Positions 59,080 through 64,000 of a stretch of DNA of 64,000 nucleotides are shown piece after piece; the first letter of the stretch is position 1; every line of letters starts with the position of its first letter. Source of the DNA: an uncultured Desulfovibrio sp. GTDB taxonomy: Bacteria > Desulfobacterota > Desulfovibrionia > Desulfovibrionales > Desulfovibrionaceae. The notes beneath the pieces are model-generated. The model had not been told where the DNA came from. It was given only the letters and a program-made list of their open reading frames with translations, and searched no databases. A program made the position numbers and the translations under genes. The DNA lies in the NCBI GenBank assembly GCA_900319575.1, contig ONPA01000192.1:9539-73538 (forward strand), in the 5' to 3' direction.

Positions 59080-60120
59080 ATGAATAGCGATCGCTATCTT
59101 TTCCGCAGAAATCTCATCGAATTTCTCTATCAGACCCGTCCTGAACTCACCAGACGGCTGAAGGACACGCCCCAGCTTTTCAAGGGGCAGGAAAACCCTT
59201 TCCACATGGAAGACTCTGTGTGGACGCACACTATGATGGTGCTCCAAGCATCTCTTGATGATCCTGATTCCCAGATCCCGGATCACCTCTGCGCCCTGGT
59301 GCATGACTTCGGCAAGCCCTTCACAGCTTCCGTGAAGACGAGGCAGGACGGGAAAAAGCACATATCCTTCCACGGCCATGGAGCCCGCGGCACTCAGGAA
59401 GCCGTGGATTTTATCCTGGAACTGAACGCATCGCGACAGACTATGCACCCGGAGGAAATAGCCGGTATCGCCTTCTGCGTCTCAAATCACATCGAATTCT
59501 ATGGCCTCACTACCGCCTCTGACGCATTGCTTTTCTGCAACAGGGATCCCGTCCTTCTGACACGTATGATCAGACTCTTCGAATACGACGTGGACGGCAG
59601 CATCATGGACTGCGGCATTCCGAGCTACGAATCCAACAGGAAACTTATTGCGGACTGCCATGAGCTGCTCCGGACAGCAGAGACTCCTCGGCAGGAAGAA
59701 CTTCCGGGAAAACGTATTCATCTGCTCTGCGGACTTCCGCGGGGCGAAAAAAAGGCCTTCGCCGGAAAAATCCCGGACTCGTATACCGTCAGCCTGCACT
59801 CTCTGTGCGGGATCAAAGAGGAATCACAGCTGCCAGAGCTGGAAGACCAGCCGGAGATCCGGCAGCAGGCCATCAGAGAGCTGCAACTTGAATCCGTGCA
59901 TTCCGTCCTTCTCCTGAGCGGGTATTTTCTCACAAGACATTCGCGCAGACACATGCTTTCGCTGCTCAGGGACGCGTTTCCCAGTGTGCCCGTCGTCTGT
60001 GACTATTTTCTCGGCCGCACTCCGGAAAACCAGGCCGGCATGGCCTGCCTCTTCCAGCATCTTCCTTCGGCGCTTTACGAGACAGAGTTTTCCGGCATTT
60101 TCATACGGGTTACCGCATAA
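59080..60120 (+). CDS. HD-domain phosphohydrolase with degenerate P-loop kinase-like C-terminus
   Basis: ENPFHMEDSVWTHT, ALVHDFGKP, FHGH; C-terminal LLCGLPRGEKK; start ATG 59080 (or 59059). Confidence 0.7.
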   Translation: MNSDRYLFRRNLIEFLYQTRPELTRRLKDTPQLFKGQENPFHMEDSVWTHTMMVLQASLDDPDSQIPDHLCALVHDFGKPFTASVKTRQDGKKHISFHGHGARGTQEAVDFILELNASRQTMHPEEIAGIAFCVSNHIEFYGLTTASDALLFCNRDPVLLTRMIRLFEYDVDGSIMDCGIPSYESNRKLIADCHELLRTAETPRQEELPGKRIHLLCGLPRGEKKAFAGKIPDSYTVSLHSLCGIKEESQLPELEDQPEIRQQAIRELQLESVHSVLLLSGYFLTRHSRRHMLSLLRDAFPSVPVVCDYFLGRTPENQAGMACLFQHLPSALYETEFSGIFIRVTA

Positions 60121-60176
60121 AAGAGGCGGTACAGAGACGGACCGGACCGCAAAAACAGATGCGCTGGGAGGTCTGA

Positions 60177-60935
60177 TCAGGCAAAATTGCGCCAGACGAG
60201 CGATCCGAAAAGCAGTCCCAGTGCGATATAGAGGAACACGCGCACAGCACGGGCCCCCACTCTTACGGCCAGATGAGCCCCGCAGAGATTGCCTGCGATA
60301 TTGGCAAGAGCGCAGGGGATGGCAAGCGGGTACAGCACAACGCCGCCGGCCGCAAAGGAACACAGAGCCCCCGCGTTGGACGCGAGGTTCATGACCTTGG
60401 TGGTGGCTGAGGCGCGGACCAGTCCGAGTCCGAGAACAATGTTCAGAGCTATAATCATAAAACTGCCTGTTCCCGGACCGAAAAATCCGTCGTATACGCC
60501 TATGGGAAAACCAATCAGAAAGACTCTCAGCCCGAGCGACGTCTTCTCCAGAGGCCGTTCCTTTTTCCCAAAGCCCGTCATCAGAGAGATGACAATGCCC
60601 ACAGGAAGCATGAAGAGAAGCACTTTGCCGAGCACGGCATTATCGAGGTACAGAGCCAGCCCCGAACCCGCCGCGCCACCCAGAAAGGCCGACACAAAGC
60701 CCACGGGAGCAATGGATTTTTCTACCAGTCCGCTGCGCAGATAGGAAAAAAAAGCAGCCAGAGTGCCCAGGGTAGTCGAGAATTTATTGGTTCCGAGGAT
60801 CATATGCGGCGGAAGGCCGCAAAGAAGCAGCGCAGGAAGTGTAATCAGTCCCCCTCCTCCGGCGATGGAATCAACAAAACCGGCCGCAAAGAAGACGGCC
60901 AGACCTATGGCTATGAGATCAAAAGTAACGTCCAT
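60177..60935 (-). CDS. TSUP/TauE family (YfcA-like) transporter
   Basis: AGFVDSIAGGGGLI, GTNK, YDGFFGPGTGSF, NLASN. Confidence 0.9.
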   Translation of the reverse strand: MDVTFDLIAIGLAVFFAAGFVDSIAGGGGLITLPALLLCGLPPHMILGTNKFSTTLGTLAAFFSYLRSGLVEKSIAPVGFVSAFLGGAAGSGLALYLDNAVLGKVLLFMLPVGIVISLMTGFGKKERPLEKTSLGLRVFLIGFPIGVYDGFFGPGTGSFMIIALNIVLGLGLVRASATTKVMNLASNAGALCSFAAGGVVLYPLAIPCALANIAGNLCGAHLAVRVGARAVRVFLYIALGLLFGSLVWRNFA

Positions 60936-61010
60936 ACGCAGCCTGAGGAGAAAAGAAAAACGCCGCTCTTCTTTCGCAGAGAACGGCGTTCTTTCAAATG
61001 AGTGCCCGGC

Positions 61011-61943
61011 CTACACGAGGCGGGCGAGAAGATCCATGCGTTCCCCGGGGAGCAGGTAGACCGGAGGAATGTCGATAAGCGTGTAGCAGCCATACTGTTC
61101 GGCCTCGTTGAGGCGTACGGCGGCGCGGGCGCTGGCAACGAGAATCTGAGCAGTCAGCGCGGGGTTGTTGATGCGCATGTCAAATTTGAGCTGCTGATTG
61201 GAGGACATGCCCGAAGCGCCGACGCGTTCCATAAGCACGCCGTGAGAGGCATCTGCCACCATGAACAGAGCCTGGCTGTCGGGAACGGCGGTTACGGTCA
61301 GCGGATCAGAGGCAAAATAGGGATCAGCTTTCATGGAGCTGGTGACCTGCTCAACGGTATACCCGTCCTTCAGCACGACATAGACCTGACGGGCATGACG
61401 TCCTCCGCCAAGAGGAATGGTGATGGCCGTGGCGTCGGCAACCCCCTCGATGGCGCGGGCAGCCACGGAATGTCCCATGGAACGGCCGCGGCCAAAATTC
61501 GTGAAAGTAGTGCCTCTGGGAACCATGGCCTCGAAAAGAGCCCTCTGCACGGAATCCGTGCCGGGATCCCAGCCAGCCGCTGTAATGGCTACAGCACGCC
61601 CCTTGTGGGCTTCCTCCTCAAGGGAGCCGACCACTTCCACGATGCGGGCGTGAATATCAAAGCTGTCGACAGTGCAGAAGCCGCGGGAAAGCAGTTCCTT
61701 GGCCGCAGCTGGAGAGAGGCGGGATGGCAGACCAAGGATGACGACATCCGGATTCCCCCCATGTTCGAGCAGTTCGTCAAAGCTCGGAAAGTCCGGCACG
61801 CCGCGCAGGTCGTAGGGCGTTGTGCCCACGGAAGTGGGGCGTCTGACAACGCCGATACACTCGGCATCCGGCACCGTCTCCAACGCACGGATAACACTGC
61901 GGCCAATATTGCCAAGACCGAGAATGGCAGCCTTAAAAGACAT
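61011..61943 (-). CDS. ddh: meso-Diaminopimelate D-dehydrogenase
   Basis: GLGNIG, TVDSFDIH, GWDPGTDS, TNFGRGRSMGHS, NNPALT. Confidence 0.92.
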   Translation of the reverse strand: MSFKAAILGLGNIGRSVIRALETVPDAECIGVVRRPTSVGTTPYDLRGVPDFPSFDELLEHGGNPDVVILGLPSRLSPAAAKELLSRGFCTVDSFDIHARIVEVVGSLEEEAHKGRAVAITAAGWDPGTDSVQRALFEAMVPRGTTFTNFGRGRSMGHSVAARAIEGVADATAITIPLGGGRHARQVYVVLKDGYTVEQVTSSMKADPYFASDPLTVTAVPDSQALFMVADASHGVLMERVGASGMSSNQQLKFDMRINNPALTAQILVASARAAVRLNEAEQYGCYTLIDIPPVYLLPGERMDLLARLV

Positions 61944-62148
61944 TAATTTTTCCCTCTTTTTAACGTGCTGGCTCTGGTATTCCCGTCTTCTCCGGTAGGA
62001 GAGGAGAGAAAAAACGGAGCCGAAAATACCGTGCGTTTATCTTATTCTGAAATATATTTCCGGACAAGTACCGGAAACATCGGGAAAAGAAAAAGGGACG
62101 CCCTGCCTGCACGGCGGGCGTCCCCTCTTTGAAGTAAAAAGGACAGTG

Positions 62149-62865
62149 CTACTTTTCAGGATTGACGCCATCTGCAGCTGACGTGCCGTCAGCCTGCTTG
62201 ATTTCATGCGTTACCTTATCGCGGGCCCAGTAGCGCATGGTGCCGCGCGCTGCGAGTTCCGAGATCATCTTGTCCTCGATTTCTTTGCTCTTGCCGTGAC
62301 AGCGTATGGAGATAAGGCGGCTGCCGTTTTTACGGATTTTCGAAAGAACGGCGATGATGCGGACATCATACTGCTTCAGAATATCAAGAAGGGCTCGCAG
62401 TGTGCCCGGCTTGTTCTCAACTTCGAACGACAGCATGATGCCTGGCTGGTTGACACCCGTGATGGAAACGAGGCTTTTAAAAATATCCCACTCCGTCAGG
62501 ATGCCGACCAGCACCTTGTTGTCGTCAATGACGGGAAGGCAGCTGACCCCCTTGTCGATCATGACAACGGCCGCATCCTCAAGCGTATCATTGACATTCA
62601 CGGTGTACGGATCGGGCGTCATGACTTCTTTGGCCCTCTTTTCCGAAAGAATATCCAGGGCTTCGAGAATTTCCACGCCGGTTGAATGAAGGGGCTGGAA
62701 TTCCTTCATATCATTTTCGGAAAGAATGCCGAGAATGTGCTTATCCTTGTCCACGACAGGAAGGCGTCCGATTTTGAGTTCTTTGAGAATCGCCTTGCAT
62801 TCCAGCAGACTTGTATCAGGTCTCACGGTACAGACGTCTTTGGCCATCCAGTGCCTAACGAGCAT
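62149..62865 (-). CDS. CBS-pair plus ACT domain protein (AcuB-like)
   Basis: MLVRHWM, RLPVVD, LPVID...GILT, NKPGTL ACT motif. Confidence 0.87.
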   Translation of the reverse strand: MLVRHWMAKDVCTVRPDTSLLECKAILKELKIGRLPVVDKDKHILGILSENDMKEFQPLHSTGVEILEALDILSEKRAKEVMTPDPYTVNVNDTLEDAAVVMIDKGVSCLPVIDDNKVLVGILTEWDIFKSLVSITGVNQPGIMLSFEVENKPGTLRALLDILKQYDVRIIAVLSKIRKNGSRLISIRCHGKSKEIEDKMISELAARGTMRYWARDKVTHEIKQADGTSAADGVNPEK

Positions 62866-62951
62866 GGCCTCCTCCTTTCTCTTTTTCTGGGTTCAGAATT
62901 TTCAGTGCGATAAAACTTCCGGGGAGCGCCACGGAGCGCTCCCCATCTCTG

Positions 62952-64000
62952 CTACGGATGGAAAGGCCAAATCATGGGGATGACCAGCCAGCTTATGAGC
63001 AGGGCAATGATCTGCAGCGGCCAGCCGCACTTGGCATAGTCACTGAACTTATACCGGCCGGGACCAAGAACGATGGTGTTGGGCGGCGTGGCAATGGGGG
63101 TAAGGAAGCACGCAGAAGCAGAAATGGCGATACCCATGACGATGGGCAGCGGGGAAATACCCGTAGCCATGGCAATGGGCATGGCCAGAGGAGCCATAAG
63201 GGCGGCCGTGGCCGTATTCGACATGAAGTTCGTGACAACGGCGGTCAGGGCGCAGCACACCAGCATGAGCATCCAGGGGTCGGAGACGTGGCTGACCACG
63301 GTGTGGGCAACAATGGCTGCAGCTCCGGACGAAGACATGGCCGCGGACATGGAGAGCATGCCGGCGAACAGGAAGATCGTCGTCCAGTCAACGCTTCGGA
63401 AAGCCTCGCGCATGGTCATACAGCGGGTCATAACCATAAGGCAGGCGCCCAGCATGGCGGCCGGCGTGAGCGGCATAAGCTTGGTCACCATCATGACGAC
63501 AACGAAGGCGAAGATAAGGATTGACAGCCACATCTTATTGGTGCGGCGGGCTTCCTTGGGCTGGGAAAGGAACTCAGCGCCGGGCTTGGCCTTGGGCAGA
63601 AGCCTGTAGCCGACGAGCATGAAGTACAGCATTCCCGCGACGAAAAGCGGAATACCAATGAGCGCGAATTCGAAAAATCCAAAGGGTTCGAGGCCGTTCT
63701 GGGCAAGCATGGAATTGATGATGCCGTTAGGCGGCGTACCAACCAGGGTGAGCGTGCCGCCAAGAGACGAGGCAAAGGCCACGGGCATGAGCATCTGGCT
63801 CGACGGAATTTTGGAGGCGATGCACATGGCAAGAATCATGGGAACTGCCACTGCCGTGGTGCCGGTGTTTGACAGGACACCGGAAAGACCACCAACCGCC
63901 AGCATGGAGAAAAAGAGCAGTTTCAGCTTGTTGCCATGCGAGAGGCGCATGGCCGTTTCGCCTATCTTGTCGGCAAATCCCGTGACGAACGTTCCCTCGC
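62952..64000 (-). CDS. SLC13/DASS-family permease, 5' part outside the window
   Basis: SNTGT, LVGTPPN, NFMSNTATA, PIATPPN...GRYKFSDY. Confidence 0.88.
   Translation of the reverse strand, partial: EGTFVTGFADKIGETAMRLSHGNKLKLLFFSMLAVGGLSGVLSNTGTTAVAVPMILAMCIASKIPSSQMLMPVAFASSLGGTLTLVGTPPNGIINSMLAQNGLEPFGFFEFALIGIPLFVAGMLYFMLVGYRLLPKAKPGAEFLSQPKEARRTNKMWLSILIFAFVVVMMVTKLMPLTPAAMLGACLMVMTRCMTMREAFRSVDWTTIFLFAGMLSMSAAMSSSGAAAIVAHTVVSHVSDPWMLMLVCCALTAVVTNFMSNTATAALMAPLAMPIAMATGISPLPIVMGIAISASACFLTPIATPPNTIVLGPGRYKFSDYAKCGWPLQIIALLISWLVIPMIWPFHP

Overview
This is a GC-rich, mostly core-chromosome window from a bacterium that looks like a member of the Desulfovibrionaceae. The inference rests on the nikR-folE2 pair, hypE, the DUF362 Fe-S protein, the YedE/YedF/DUF3343 selenium operon and Desulfovibrio-type hypotheticals. 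It contains about 50 genes, including a classical menaquinone operon (menI-F-D-B-C-E), dnaE, hrpB, upp, a SNF2 helicase, a glycogen debranching enzyme, rne, queH, gluQ, a TRAP system, mazG and ddh, plus four tRNAs (Gln-CTG, Glu-TTC, Asn-GTT, Thr-CGT). No CRISPR array, prophage, integrase or transposase was seen. The best candidate for an undescribed system is the leader of the selenium-metabolism operon. It holds a short upstream ORF with an in-frame UGA followed by a SECIS-like hairpin, and an anti-SD helix that covers the yedE ribosome-binding site, which suggests a selenocysteine-readthrough attenuator. Other notable items are two copies of a 45-46 bp IS200/IS605-end-like mini-element next to terminators, a Bacteroidetes-like men operon, multi-stem leaders ahead of the TRAP and YeiH transporters, an HD-Pnk-like protein with a degenerate kinase motif, an uncalled 53-aa membrane protein and a pair of paralogous secreted repeat proteins. 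All family assignments come from motif recognition by eye; no database searches or folding programs were run.
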